From an uncultured bacterium (lineage in GTDB: Bacteria; Zixibacteria; MSB-5A5; GN15; FEB-12): a DNA stretch of 64,000 nucleotides. This document shows, in pieces, positions 9,153 to 19,343 of the stretch; within the stretch, counting starts at the first letter, position 1, and each line of letters begins with the position of its first letter. The stretch covers positions 224,001-288,000 of the forward strand of contig CBDVDR010000002.1 in NCBI GenBank assembly GCA_965372795.1. Direction: 5' to 3'. A program made the position numbers and the translations under genes. The notes below the pieces were generated by a model, which worked only from the letters and a program-made list of their open reading frames with translations, did not search any database and had not been told where the DNA came from.

Positions 9153-9774
9153 CAAAGTCAGAATCATTGAGGAAAATAATCCCGATCCAGCATTAATAAA
9201 TCAAACTGTCTCAATTTTAAAAAAAGGTGGCATAGTAGTCGCTCCTACTGAAACTCTCTATGGGCTTTTGACCCGTGCCGATGATATACAATCCGTTGAT
9301 CGCTTATATCAAGTCAAAAATCGCCCGAAAGAGATGCCGTGTGCTCTGTTTGTCAATTCATATAATGAAATTTGGGAATATGGAGCTAAAAATGATATGG
9401 CAGCTAAATTAGCTGTAAAATTTCTGCCGGGACCACTCACCCTGATCTTAAAATCGATAGTCAGTTTTCCTGATCAAATTGTAATTTCAGGTAAAATTGG
9501 AGTCAGATTTTCACCTTCAAAATTAATCGGAGATATTTTGGGAAAGCTGGATTTTCCATTAACGGCAACTTCGGCTAATTTGTCGGGGGGAGAAGAAAGT
9601 GACAGTATTGCTAAAATAATTGATACTTTTGGGGATAAAATTGATTTTTATCTCGACTCCGGGGTGAAAAAAGTATTACCTTCAACAGTCGTTGATTGTT
9701 CTTCAGATTTAGTGAAAATCTTAAGAGAAGGAGCAATCACTAATAAAGAAATTTATTCTATTTTGGGAATATGA
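9142..9774 (+). CDS. tsaC: L-threonylcarbamoyladenylate synthase (TsaC/YrdC)
   Basis: PTETLYGL, K.RP, PGPLT, TSANLSG, STVVD; start moved to ATG 9142. Confidence 0.92.
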   Translation: MKTDKVRIIEENNPDPALINQTVSILKKGGIVVAPTETLYGLLTRADDIQSVDRLYQVKNRPKEMPCALFVNSYNEIWEYGAKNDMAAKLAVKFLPGPLTLILKSIVSFPDQIVISGKIGVRFSPSKLIGDILGKLDFPLTATSANLSGGEESDSIAKIIDTFGDKIDFYLDSGVKKVLPSTVVDCSSDLVKILREGAITNKEIYSILGI

Positions 9775-10271
9775 GTAAAAAGTTTGTAATAATGTTTGTT
9801 TGTACCGGCAATACTTGCCGGTCACCGATGGCTGAGGCTGCCCTTACAGTTCTGCTAAACGGTAAACGTCCCGGAAAGGCTGAAGTTATTTCATCGGGTA
9901 CCTCAGCCGCATCTAATTTTCCGGCTACTATGTATGCCATAGAAGCATCAAAAATTTGGGAAGCCGACCTTTCAAAGCATCAATCCAAACCATTGACAAA
10001 AGATCTTATTGATAAATCTGATTTGATTTTTGCGATGACACCCTCGCACTATAGTGATATTATCGCCACAGATAAAAGAGCCGAACGGAAAACATACCTT
10101 TTTAAATTATTCCCCGATACCGGCAGAGATGGTGAAGGGGTGGCTGACCCGATTGGTCGCGAGCTAGAAAAATATAATGAAACATTTTTGGAAATTGGAG
10201 AATGTTTAGGCGAAATGCTTCCGGAGATTGTAAAAAGGATTGATGAAAAAAACGGTAACGACAATGACTAA
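9771..10271 (+). CDS. Low-molecular-weight protein phosphatase, YwlE-like (probable phosphoarginine)
   Basis: P-loop CTGNTCRS, DPIG general-acid loop; ATGA overlap with tsaC. Confidence 0.88.
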   Translation: MSKKFVIMFVCTGNTCRSPMAEAALTVLLNGKRPGKAEVISSGTSAASNFPATMYAIEASKIWEADLSKHQSKPLTKDLIDKSDLIFAMTPSHYSDIIATDKRAERKTYLFKLFPDTGRDGEGVADPIGRELEKYNETFLEIGECLGEMLPEIVKRIDEKNGNDND

Positions 10272-11088
10272 TGCTAACAAAATATTTGCCCTATTGCTTT
10301 GTCTGGTTGGCATAGTCCCGCTTTTCTTTTTTGTCTCAATTGAATTGGGAATCGCAGAAGCAAGTGTTGATAGTAGTTTTGAAAAAGCAGGGGAATTTGA
10401 TCCTTTTGTAGAAAATGTTTCTTTTGGTTTAAATGAAAAATTATCTTTCGATATAAATTATGGCTTTGTAAATGCCGGGACAGCGGTGATGGAAGTTGCC
10501 CGTATGATCGAATATAAAAACCGTCCCTGTTATCAAATTGTTACGACTGCTAAGTCGAACAGTTTTTTCTCTACTTTTTATAAAGTAGAAGACCGGGTTG
10601 AGTCGATTGTTGATGCTCTCGGGATATTCAGCTGGCGTTTTGAAAAGAATCTTCGCGAGGGAAGTTATCGCGCCGATAGAATTTATGAATTCGATCAACC
10701 TAAAAATATTGTTTTTTATAAAGAAGATACAATCGCGGTTCCGCCTTTGGTACAAGATGCGATTTCGGTCTTATATTTTATCAGGACTCAAAAGCTTGAA
10801 GTCGGGAAATCTATTTTTGTCGACAATTTTACGGATGGGAAACTTTACCCGCTGGAAGTGAAAATTATCAAAAAAGAACGAATCACAGTTACCGCAGGGA
10901 CTTTTGATTGTATTGTGGTTGAGCCATTAATGCAAAGTGTTGGTGTCTTTAAGCATCAAGGCAAGTTGAAAGTCTGGCTGACGGATGACCGTATTAAAAT
11001 GCCGGTTCAAATGAAATCAAAAGTATTGGTTGGCTCGATAACGGCTGAGCTGACGGATTACCAACTTGGTGAGATTGAAAGTTTCTAA
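10264..11088 (+). CDS. DUF3108-like exported protein
   Basis: N-terminal hydrophobic segment; E.L.F.I.YG..AG, V.AGTFDC, VWLTDD..K.PV pattern. Confidence 0.75.
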   Translation: MTNANKIFALLLCLVGIVPLFFFVSIELGIAEASVDSSFEKAGEFDPFVENVSFGLNEKLSFDINYGFVNAGTAVMEVARMIEYKNRPCYQIVTTAKSNSFFSTFYKVEDRVESIVDALGIFSWRFEKNLREGSYRADRIYEFDQPKNIVFYKEDTIAVPPLVQDAISVLYFIRTQKLEVGKSIFVDNFTDGKLYPLEVKIIKKERITVTAGTFDCIVVEPLMQSVGVFKHQGKLKVWLTDDRIKMPVQMKSKVLVGSITAELTDYQLGEIESF

Positions 11089-11089
11089 G

Positions 11090-12040
11090 ATGCCGCAGGG
11101 AAAAAAGAAATTCAAACCGGTTGATCTGAATAAAGTCAAGCGGTACTCCTATTCTAAGCGAACTAATAAAACAAATATCAAAGAATTCGGGAAACCTTTT
11201 AAAAGCGATGACTCTTTTTTTGAGTCGCTTCCAAATTTTTTAAAAGCAAAAGATTTTAACCGGTTTGTGAAACTTGTTCATTCAGCCCGAAAGAAAAATA
11301 AACCATTCCATCTTCTGATGGGTGCCCACATTATCAAAGTCGGCTTATCCCCAATCCTGATTGATTTATTGCATAGAGAGATAGTGACCGGATTTTCATT
11401 CAATTGTGCCGGAGTGATTCATGATCTTGAACTGGCTTTCTGGGGCGGAACTTCTGAGGATGTTCAAAAAGGATTAACCGACGGTTCATTCGGAATGGTG
11501 AAGGAGACGGCCGAACTGTTTGCAAATGTTGTCGATCTGGCTGATGACGAAAATATTGGGCTGGGTGAGGCCTGCGGGAAATATATAAATCTTCATAAAG
11601 CCAAAAACAGAGAGTTGTCTGTTTTTGCTGCTGCCGAAAAGATCGGCTGTCCGGTAACGGTTCATGTAGGTATCGGAACCGACATCGTGGCTCAGCACCC
11701 TGAATTTGATGCTTCCAAAACTGCGGCAGCCTCGCATCTTGATTTCAGAATTCTATCTGATATTTGTGTTGGTGTAAACAGCGGGGGAGTGTTGGCTAAT
11801 ATTGGATCGGCGGTTATTCTTCCGGAAGTATTTTTGAAGGCTTTGACAGTTGCAAGAAATATTACAAAGACCAAAAACAGGCTGACAACAGCCAATTTTG
11901 ATATGATCGTTCATTATCGCCCAATGGAAAATGTGGTCCTCAGACCTACCTTTGAAGCCGGTGAAGGCTTTAGCTTTGTCGGCCATCATGAGATTCTAAT
12001 ACCACTACTGGCGTGGGCATTAAAAGCAAAATTTGAATAG
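11090..12040 (+). CDS. Conserved hypothetical protein, deoxyhypusine-synthase-like fold
   Basis: MGAHIIKVG, GAGVIHD-like NCAGVIHD, PVTVHVGIGTD, GSAVILPE; start moved to ATG 11090. Confidence 0.55.
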   Translation: MPQGKKKFKPVDLNKVKRYSYSKRTNKTNIKEFGKPFKSDDSFFESLPNFLKAKDFNRFVKLVHSARKKNKPFHLLMGAHIIKVGLSPILIDLLHREIVTGFSFNCAGVIHDLELAFWGGTSEDVQKGLTDGSFGMVKETAELFANVVDLADDENIGLGEACGKYINLHKAKNRELSVFAAAEKIGCPVTVHVGIGTDIVAQHPEFDASKTAAASHLDFRILSDICVGVNSGGVLANIGSAVILPEVFLKALTVARNITKTKNRLTTANFDMIVHYRPMENVVLRPTFEAGEGFSFVGHHEILIPLLAWALKAKFE

Positions 12041-12057
12041 AAAGGTGCTTCCTTAGT

Positions 12058-13581
12058 ATGGCTAAGCTCATTGAATGCGTACCGAATTTTTCAGAAGGGC
12101 GTCGTCCCGAAGTTATTAAAGAAATCTGTGATGCAATTTCTTCAGTCGAAGGTGTTACTCTGCTTGCTCATGAGTTGGACCCAGATCATAATCGCGCTGT
12201 GGTAACATTTGTCTGTCACCCTAATCAGGTTGTTGAAGCCGCCTTCAGGGGATATGAAAAAGCGGCTGAACTTATTGATATGACTACTCATAAAGGCGAA
12301 CATCCGCGCATGGGTGCGGTTGACGTATGTCCGTTTATTCCATTGTCAGAAGTTTCAATCGAAGATGCGGTGGAGCTGGCTAATAAGCTGGGTAAAAGAG
12401 TCGGAGAAGAATTACAGATTCCGGTCTATCTTTATGAAGATGCTGCCACAACACCCAAAAGAAAAAATTTAGCGAAAGTTCGTAAAGGGGAATATGAGGG
12501 TATACGTGACTCAATTGAAACCGATCCATTGAGAAAGCCTGACTATGGTCCTTCTAAAATGAATTTGAAAACAGGCTCGACCTCTATTGGAGTAAGATTC
12601 CCGCTGGTAGCATTTAATGTTTATTTGGACACGAATAAAAAATGGATTGCTGATAAAATTGCGGATGCGATCAGATCACTTCGCGGCGGTTATCGGTTTG
12701 TCAAAGCGCTTGGTTTTGAAATCAAAGAACGCGATCAGGTTCAAATTTCGATGAATCTTGTGAATTATACCAAGACTCCGATATTTAGAGTTTTTGAAAC
12801 AATAAAATCCGAAGCTGCACGATATGGGGTCAATGTTGTTTCTTCAGAAATTATCGGTTTGACGCCGAATGATTCGATTTTGGATGTTGCTGATTTTTAT
12901 CTGCGTTTGGAAGGTTTTTCCAAAGACCAAATTCTCGAACAAAAACTACAGGATGCCGGTACCGGTTCAACCGTACAAGATGGTTTTTACGAAGAAGTGG
13001 CATCATCTTCTCCCGCTCCGGGTGGCGGTTCAGTTGCTGCCTCGGCCGGGGCAATCGGAGCAGCACTATCAGCGATGGTGTGTCGTTTGACCGTTGGTAA
13101 AAAGAAATATGCTTCTGTTAAAGAAGAATTAAGCGATATCAGAGATAAAACAGATATTTTGATGGTAGAACTCAAAGAGCTGATCGAAACTGACAAACTT
13201 GCTTTTGATAAAGTTATGGAAGCTTTCGCAATGCCTAAAAGTACTGATGAAGAAAATGAAGCTCGTGATAAAGCGGTTGAAGATGCCAACAAAGGCGCCG
13301 CAGAAGTGCCTCTTACGGTGATGAAGAAATCGCTTGAAGTTTTGATGCTGACTGAGGCTGTGGCGTCTAAAGGAAACGAAAACTCAATCACCGATGCCGG
13401 TGTATCAGGATTGATGGCTATGGCGGCAGTTGAAGGTGCTGATTATAATGTCAGGATTAATCTCACCTCGATAAATGATGTTGATTTTGTTGCTAACATG
13501 AAAAAAGATGCTGCCTCAATCGTAAAACAGGCAAAAGAGCAAACTGATAAAATTAAAGCATTGGTAGAACAGAAACTGTAA
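12058..13581 (+). CDS. ftcD: Bifunctional glutamate formiminotransferase / formiminotetrahydrofolate cyclodeaminase
   Basis: ECVPNFSEGR, DHNR, HKGEHPRMGAVDV; C-terminal SPAPGGGS cyclodeaminase domain. Confidence 0.95.
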   Translation: MAKLIECVPNFSEGRRPEVIKEICDAISSVEGVTLLAHELDPDHNRAVVTFVCHPNQVVEAAFRGYEKAAELIDMTTHKGEHPRMGAVDVCPFIPLSEVSIEDAVELANKLGKRVGEELQIPVYLYEDAATTPKRKNLAKVRKGEYEGIRDSIETDPLRKPDYGPSKMNLKTGSTSIGVRFPLVAFNVYLDTNKKWIADKIADAIRSLRGGYRFVKALGFEIKERDQVQISMNLVNYTKTPIFRVFETIKSEAARYGVNVVSSEIIGLTPNDSILDVADFYLRLEGFSKDQILEQKLQDAGTGSTVQDGFYEEVASSSPAPGGGSVAASAGAIGAALSAMVCRLTVGKKKYASVKEELSDIRDKTDILMVELKELIETDKLAFDKVMEAFAMPKSTDEENEARDKAVEDANKGAAEVPLTVMKKSLEVLMLTEAVASKGNENSITDAGVSGLMAMAAVEGADYNVRINLTSINDVDFVANMKKDAASIVKQAKEQTDKIKALVEQKL

Positions 13582-14409
13582 ATGCCCGGATATATTGATC
13601 TTCATATGCATACAAATTTCTCGGATGGGTTAAAAAGCCCGTCCGAGATTCTTAATTTGGTTCGAGAATCATCTTTAGAAGCTTTTTCTATTACAGATCA
13701 TGACTCAATTAATGGATACTTAGAGGCAAAAAAGCATATAAGGGATGACGATCCAAAGCTAATCTCCGGAATAGAATTTTCCGTTTCTTTTGAAAATGGC
13801 GATTTACATATGCTGGCTTATGGTTTTGATCCTGAGAATAAATCAATTCTTAACCGAATTGAAGAGTTCAAAGAGAGCCGGATCTTGCGGGCAAAGTTAA
13901 TGGTTGAAAAATTAAATGAACTTGGAGTGGATATTACATTTGAGATGATAGAGGAAATAGCAAACGGCGCCTCAATCGGACGACCACACGTGGCTGAGGC
14001 TATTTTTAAAAGTGGAGCTGTTGGAAGTTACGAAGCTTCATTTGCAAAATATATAGGAAACGGTAAACCGGGATATGTCCCAAAGAAAAATTTCACACCG
14101 GTTGAGGCTATCAATGTTATCCATGAAGCCGGGGGAATAGCAGTTTTGGCTCATCCCGTTATAGATAATAATGACAAACATATTGAAATGCTTGCAGGTT
14201 TAGGCATGGACGGTATAGAAATCTATCATCCGTACCATCGACAGCCTGATAAAGACAGATTGATAAATTTAGCCGACAGATTTCGATTGATTATTACCGG
14301 TGGTTCTGATTATCATGGTCGTGAAGAAAGATTTAGCTTTATCGGGTCTCAGAAAGTTCCGATTAATTGCCTTTTACCTATAGAACAAAAATTAAAAGAA
14401 AGAAGATAA
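13582..14409 (+). CDS. PHP-domain metal-dependent phosphoesterase (TrpH/YciV-like)
   Basis: DLHMHT..SDG, ITDHD, GRPH, AHP, GGSDYHG. Confidence 0.92.
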   Translation: MPGYIDLHMHTNFSDGLKSPSEILNLVRESSLEAFSITDHDSINGYLEAKKHIRDDDPKLISGIEFSVSFENGDLHMLAYGFDPENKSILNRIEEFKESRILRAKLMVEKLNELGVDITFEMIEEIANGASIGRPHVAEAIFKSGAVGSYEASFAKYIGNGKPGYVPKKNFTPVEAINVIHEAGGIAVLAHPVIDNNDKHIEMLAGLGMDGIEIYHPYHRQPDKDRLINLADRFRLIITGGSDYHGREERFSFIGSQKVPINCLLPIEQKLKERR

Positions 14410-14412
14410 TCT

Positions 14413-16755
14413 TTGAGAAGTTTATTAGCCCTATTAATAATTTTATTACTTTCAACTGTTGCTTATTCAGATACAAGTAAATTGACGGTTGAACAACAGA
14501 TTCAAATAGTAACCGACTATATGGCAATTTCCAATCAAAGCCATAAAATACCATCAGCATTCAGACTTGGATATGATGAACCGATTGAGTTTCATGAACC
14601 GGCCAAATGCGGTATGTCGGCAGCTATGGAATTTTCGATGAATCGTCATCTGATTAGTAAAGATGTTATGCAAAGCATGGGATTGTCGACTATGGCCAGA
14701 CCGGATTTACAAAGCAGTTTTGTAAGCCCCGAAGGATTATTTAAAATTCATTACGATGTGTCCGGCTCTGCGGCTGTCTATGAACCTGAAAAAGATTCAG
14801 ACAATGACGGAGTTCCTGATTATGTGGAGAGTGTTGCTGAAATTTTTGAATATGTCTATCACTATGTGATCGATACTCTTGGTTATCCGGTACCGCCAAC
14901 TGATGAAGATGTTGATGGCGACCCGACTTATGATGTTTTTATTGGTGATTTTGATGTCAGCGCTTATGGATATACTGCTTCAGATGATCCTGATATCCCG
15001 GTAACCAGTAATCACAGAATTTCCTCTTATATTGAAATTGACAACGATTATAAAAATATATCCCGGTACAAAGATCGCCCGCTTGATGCGGTTAAAGTTA
15101 CAGCGGCTCACGAATATTTTCATGCTATCCATTTTGGTCTTGATTATAAAGAGTTCGAATCTTATTACGTCCCCGCTAATCTAAATCGAAGATACTGGAT
15201 GGAAATGACTTCGACCTGGATGGAAGAAGAGATTTATGATGATGTAAATGACTATTATGCTTATATCCCTGTATTTTTTAATAATCCTCACTTATCAATT
15301 CAACAATTTAGCAGTTATAGCGATTTGCATCCTTATGGTGCAGTGGTTTTTCCAATCTTTCTGGTGGAAAAATTTGGTAAAGAAATGATAAGAGATATCT
15401 GGCTTGAATGCGGAGATATTCCCGGTCCGAATTTATTGCTTGCTCTTGACCATGCCTTAGACCCTTTGTATTTCGATGATACAACGGTGGCTCAGATGTC
15501 CACTGCTATTCCTCAGGTATTTTCTGAATTTGCCCTTTGGAATATGTTTACGGGTATCAGGGGAGATAAAGCACCGAATGGGATTGGTTATTCTGAACGA
15601 AATTTCTATCCTGAAATTCCCGATTTTGCTTTTGGTGTTTATAATCAATTTCCCCATTTGCAAAGCGCTTCAAAAAACGTTCATAACCCGGATCATTTAG
15701 CAGCGGCTTATCTTAAGTTTGATCAGCTTCAGGCATTCCAGGAAACATCTTACTGGGTTAATGCTGTCAATGATTCATTGGGGATCGTTGATACATCTTA
15801 CTGGAATTGTTCGGTTTATTTGTGTGAAGAGATTGATCCGGACTGTCTGATTTATGGACCAGAGTGTTGTATTGATTCAACTTGTTTTGATTCGGTCCAG
15901 ATATTTGATCTAAATGAAGGCTATGAATGGGTAACCATTGACACAAACTGGTGTGATACCTGTGAAATGATAAATCTATCCGGTCAAAACTATTTGTATG
16001 ATGATGGCGGCGAAATTCGTGATACAATGATAAGTAGCTATGATTTTGTAAAAACAGATTCCGCTTTGATCATTGATGCCGCTTTGGACAGAAATTTCAA
16101 TCGAACCTGGGGAGCTACATTTGTATATCAGTTAGCAAGTAACCGTGATTCTTTTGTTGTTTTTGACACATTATTGGTAGGGGAAGCCCAGCACTTCGAG
16201 ATACTCCATCCCCGAAATTTCAGATCAGTCACTTTGATATTATCGCCAGCCTCGGAATTGAGAGGCTTTTATCAGTATGCCACATCAGCACAGCAAAAAG
16301 TAATCGGGTTCTATGCAACCGGCGGTATGGTTGATTCACTCCGTGAATCATCAATTGATTATAATAATATTAGTGTTTCGGCTGAGGTCATGTATGCTTA
16401 TCCGAATCCGGCTGTGGCTGAACAGATGGGGAGTGAAGATCTTAAAATAAGATTTCAGATTCCGACTGATGAAACAAGTCAGTACCTTTATAGTCAGCCT
16501 TATTTAACGATGGATATTTATACTGTTGCCGGAGAATATATAAGATTTATTGATACTGTTGTTACGGTAATGACAACAGATATTTATAGTGAAAATGAAA
16601 GATCAGTACTTTACGAATCAAGTTGGGATATGAAAAATGCAAATGGTACTGATGTTGCCTCGGGTGTTTATTTAATTATTGCCCGATTATATTCTGGTGA
16701 AGAAGTCGGTAATCTTTTATTTGAAACTACAACAAAAGTAGCAATTATACGATGA
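14413..16755 (+). CDS. Secreted zinc metalloprotease (MXAN_6640-like) with C-terminal FlgD-Ig/T9SS-like domain
   Basis: Signal peptide; AAHEYFHAIH plus downstream W.E..S.WMEE; tail YPNP..IYTVAG..WD.KN..G..VASGVY..KVAIIR. Confidence 0.8.
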   Translation: MRSLLALLIILLLSTVAYSDTSKLTVEQQIQIVTDYMAISNQSHKIPSAFRLGYDEPIEFHEPAKCGMSAAMEFSMNRHLISKDVMQSMGLSTMARPDLQSSFVSPEGLFKIHYDVSGSAAVYEPEKDSDNDGVPDYVESVAEIFEYVYHYVIDTLGYPVPPTDEDVDGDPTYDVFIGDFDVSAYGYTASDDPDIPVTSNHRISSYIEIDNDYKNISRYKDRPLDAVKVTAAHEYFHAIHFGLDYKEFESYYVPANLNRRYWMEMTSTWMEEEIYDDVNDYYAYIPVFFNNPHLSIQQFSSYSDLHPYGAVVFPIFLVEKFGKEMIRDIWLECGDIPGPNLLLALDHALDPLYFDDTTVAQMSTAIPQVFSEFALWNMFTGIRGDKAPNGIGYSERNFYPEIPDFAFGVYNQFPHLQSASKNVHNPDHLAAAYLKFDQLQAFQETSYWVNAVNDSLGIVDTSYWNCSVYLCEEIDPDCLIYGPECCIDSTCFDSVQIFDLNEGYEWVTIDTNWCDTCEMINLSGQNYLYDDGGEIRDTMISSYDFVKTDSALIIDAALDRNFNRTWGATFVYQLASNRDSFVVFDTLLVGEAQHFEILHPRNFRSVTLILSPASELRGFYQYATSAQQKVIGFYATGGMVDSLRESSIDYNNISVSAEVMYAYPNPAVAEQMGSEDLKIRFQIPTDETSQYLYSQPYLTMDIYTVAGEYIRFIDTVVTVMTTDIYSENERSVLYESSWDMKNANGTDVASGVYLIIARLYSGEEVGNLLFETTTKVAIIR

Positions 16756-17282
16756 CACGATTAAGGCTGATTACAAGAATTGCCCTTTTTTCAGCCTTAA
16801 TTTATGTTTTTTCGTGGATGACAGCTTATTTCCCCAATTTCAACCTGATATTCTTTTTAGTTTTTGCCGCCGGATTTATGTGGGGCGTTTTGCCGGGTGT
16901 ATTAGTCGGGGCGGTTGGAATGGCATTATGGACATTTTTCAACCCTTACGGTCCGGCTCCTTTACCAATCATGTTTTCACAGATTCTTGGTGCCTCACTG
17001 GGTGGGATTATCGGCAGTTTCTTTCATCTGGTTAAATGGGATACCCTTGGTAAATTGGCTTTAAATGGGGCTCTGGTTATTGCGGCAATTCTTTGTACAG
17101 TGCTTTATTATCTTCCGGTAACTTTGGTCGATGCCTGGCTTTTTCAGCCATTTTGGCCGAGATTTTATTCCGGAATAGTCTGGGTTGGGATTTCAGTATT
17201 TAGTAATATTTTAATTTTCCCGTTGCTTTTTTCAGTAATTCGTAATTTATATTTTAAAGAATGTTCAAAGTTAACTACATAA
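16752..17282 (+). CDS. ECF transporter S-component-like membrane protein
   Basis: About 176 aa with about 6 TM segments; IALFSAL N-terminus, PNF, FNPYG. Confidence 0.7.
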   Translation: MTRLRLITRIALFSALIYVFSWMTAYFPNFNLIFFLVFAAGFMWGVLPGVLVGAVGMALWTFFNPYGPAPLPIMFSQILGASLGGIIGSFFHLVKWDTLGKLALNGALVIAAILCTVLYYLPVTLVDAWLFQPFWPRFYSGIVWVGISVFSNILIFPLLFSVIRNLYFKECSKLTT

Positions 17283-19294
17283 AATATTTAAGCCTGATTA
17301 TTTTTCTCTGTGGAATCTCAGTTTCTGCTGAAGAAAATCAGGACAGTAATAAAATCAGTTCCGAATCATCAATAAGCAGTATTGTTAAACCGGCTGATTC
17401 ACTTAAGATTGACTCCCTATCAGCAGATTCTTTATTAGCTGATTCGACCGTTGATCTATTTTCTGAAAAATTATCAAAATTCAAAGAATCACAAAAAGCT
17501 TTGCCGAAGTTCTCATTTTTTGACAGCTTGATAACCTACTTTGTAAGTGAGCGGTTTAACTATGCTGACAAGATTGATCAGGCTTTTTATCATGATGGCG
17601 GGGATTTTTTCCGCTACGATCCATCGTTTTTTGTAAAAGAGTATCAACCCACACCGATGCGAAAGACAGTACAGCCCTTTGGATTGACTGGAAACAGGAT
17701 TAACTATTTCCAAAATCAGTTTCAGTTAGCACCCTTTGAACATATGCCCGAGCCGGATGGAATGTATGATTTTAATGATTTCCCAACAGCTCTCAGTCAG
17801 GATGTTTATATACTGCCGGGAGCAATCGGTCAGGTTTTTGGAGGAAGAAGTTCTGTTTCAACAATTTTGACCCTTCCTAAGCGACCGATAAGTGACCTTG
17901 CCGAAACATCATTCAAAAGCGATCAGGGTTCATTCGGTTATTCTTACACACGGGGGAGTTATTCAAAGAGATTTGAGTCGGGGAAAGATATTGATCTTTC
18001 TATCGGTTATCGTGACGGAAACGGTTCTGATCTTGGCCGAGATGATGATGCTTATCATTATTTTGGCGACTTTACTTTTCCAATGACGGCAACCTCCTCA
18101 ATCCAGGCAATCGGACAATTGTATAACCGTGACGGGTCATTTGGTGTACAGCCTGATTTGGGTGGAACATCAATAGTTAGAGAACGGTTTGATAGAAATC
18201 TACGGGTTGCTTACTCCTCTCAAAATGAGATAGGAAACCATCGCAATGAAGTCGGCTATTTTCATTATCGTCAGGGTTCTTATACCAACGAGCCATATTA
18301 TACGCGATTCAATATAACCGGTCACGGGGGATATGCTCTTCATGAAAGAGGAGATTCTCTTGCGGTTTTGCAGGCAAAACTCGAAGCTGATTATCATATT
18401 TATGATCAAGGAGCGAGTGATATTGATCGGGCAGTTTTAACCGGATCGACAAATTATATGAAAAAAAATCAGAGTCATGTTCTCGCAACTTCAGCTTCGG
18501 TTCGCTATGGGAAACATATCGGTCTGCTGCCTTCAGTTTCGTTTACCTTCAGTAAAGATTTGAAGTCATCATATTTTTTAATGTCAGTCGGTTATGCAAC
18601 AAAAGAACCATCACTTCATCAGCTATTTAAACTATATCAATCCGATGCTATTTATATACCAACTGCCGGACTTTATGCCGATGGCGGCAACGGGTATCTT
18701 GAAAACGAAAAAGAATTGACAGCGACACTCTTTTATGAATTAGGTTCGCTTGCCAGCCGGGTTTCATTCTCAGCCACAGGCGGTAAAATATTTGATGGGA
18801 TAGACTGGTACAATTTTGACGAATTAACAATTGTGAATGGATCACCAGTTACTACGAAAGTATTTCAACCGGAAAATATAGATATTAATTTTCTGACATT
18901 GTCTTTAAAAGGGCAAACGTATTTTTCAAATTACTTTAAACTGCTTGGCGGTGGTTCATATCATTTGGTTGACTATAAAGATATTGAGAGAGAGTGGTAT
19001 GACCCTGAATTCCAGATTTTTGCAGGCGGGGAATTGCATTATTTCTGGGAAAGTAAGCTTATTGATTTCTTTGCCTATGGTGATCTGACCTATGTAGATA
19101 AGTATAACGGGTATACCGAACCCGATCTGGCAGGTGAAATGATTTTTAACGGTAAAATTTCAATGAAGTTAAAAGATTTCAGATTTAATTTTGTTACTAT
19201 GAATATATTATTCAATGATTTTAAAAATCAGGACGGTCTAAATATTTCCAGCAGATATACATATTACAGCATAATCTGGAACTTCCTGAATTGA
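17261..19294 (+). CDS. Outer-membrane beta-barrel protein (putative porin / TonB-dependent-receptor-like)
   Basis: Signal peptide; plug-like YILPGAIGQVFGG; amphipathic strands; aromatic C-terminus YYSIIWNFLN. Confidence 0.65.
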   Translation: MFKVNYIKYLSLIIFLCGISVSAEENQDSNKISSESSISSIVKPADSLKIDSLSADSLLADSTVDLFSEKLSKFKESQKALPKFSFFDSLITYFVSERFNYADKIDQAFYHDGGDFFRYDPSFFVKEYQPTPMRKTVQPFGLTGNRINYFQNQFQLAPFEHMPEPDGMYDFNDFPTALSQDVYILPGAIGQVFGGRSSVSTILTLPKRPISDLAETSFKSDQGSFGYSYTRGSYSKRFESGKDIDLSIGYRDGNGSDLGRDDDAYHYFGDFTFPMTATSSIQAIGQLYNRDGSFGVQPDLGGTSIVRERFDRNLRVAYSSQNEIGNHRNEVGYFHYRQGSYTNEPYYTRFNITGHGGYALHERGDSLAVLQAKLEADYHIYDQGASDIDRAVLTGSTNYMKKNQSHVLATSASVRYGKHIGLLPSVSFTFSKDLKSSYFLMSVGYATKEPSLHQLFKLYQSDAIYIPTAGLYADGGNGYLENEKELTATLFYELGSLASRVSFSATGGKIFDGIDWYNFDELTIVNGSPVTTKVFQPENIDINFLTLSLKGQTYFSNYFKLLGGGSYHLVDYKDIEREWYDPEFQIFAGGELHYFWESKLIDFFAYGDLTYVDKYNGYTEPDLAGEMIFNGKISMKLKDFRFNFVTMNILFNDFKNQDGLNISSRYTYYSIIWNFLN

Positions 19295-19343
19295 TGTAAT
19301 TGACGACCTTGACTTGTCTTGAATAAACCGTTTAATTCTCATT

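Noticed and set aside
16600..16760. Cobalamin riboswitch before the ECF S-component and barrel
   Set aside because: The genes overlap, leaving no leader; no B12 box seen
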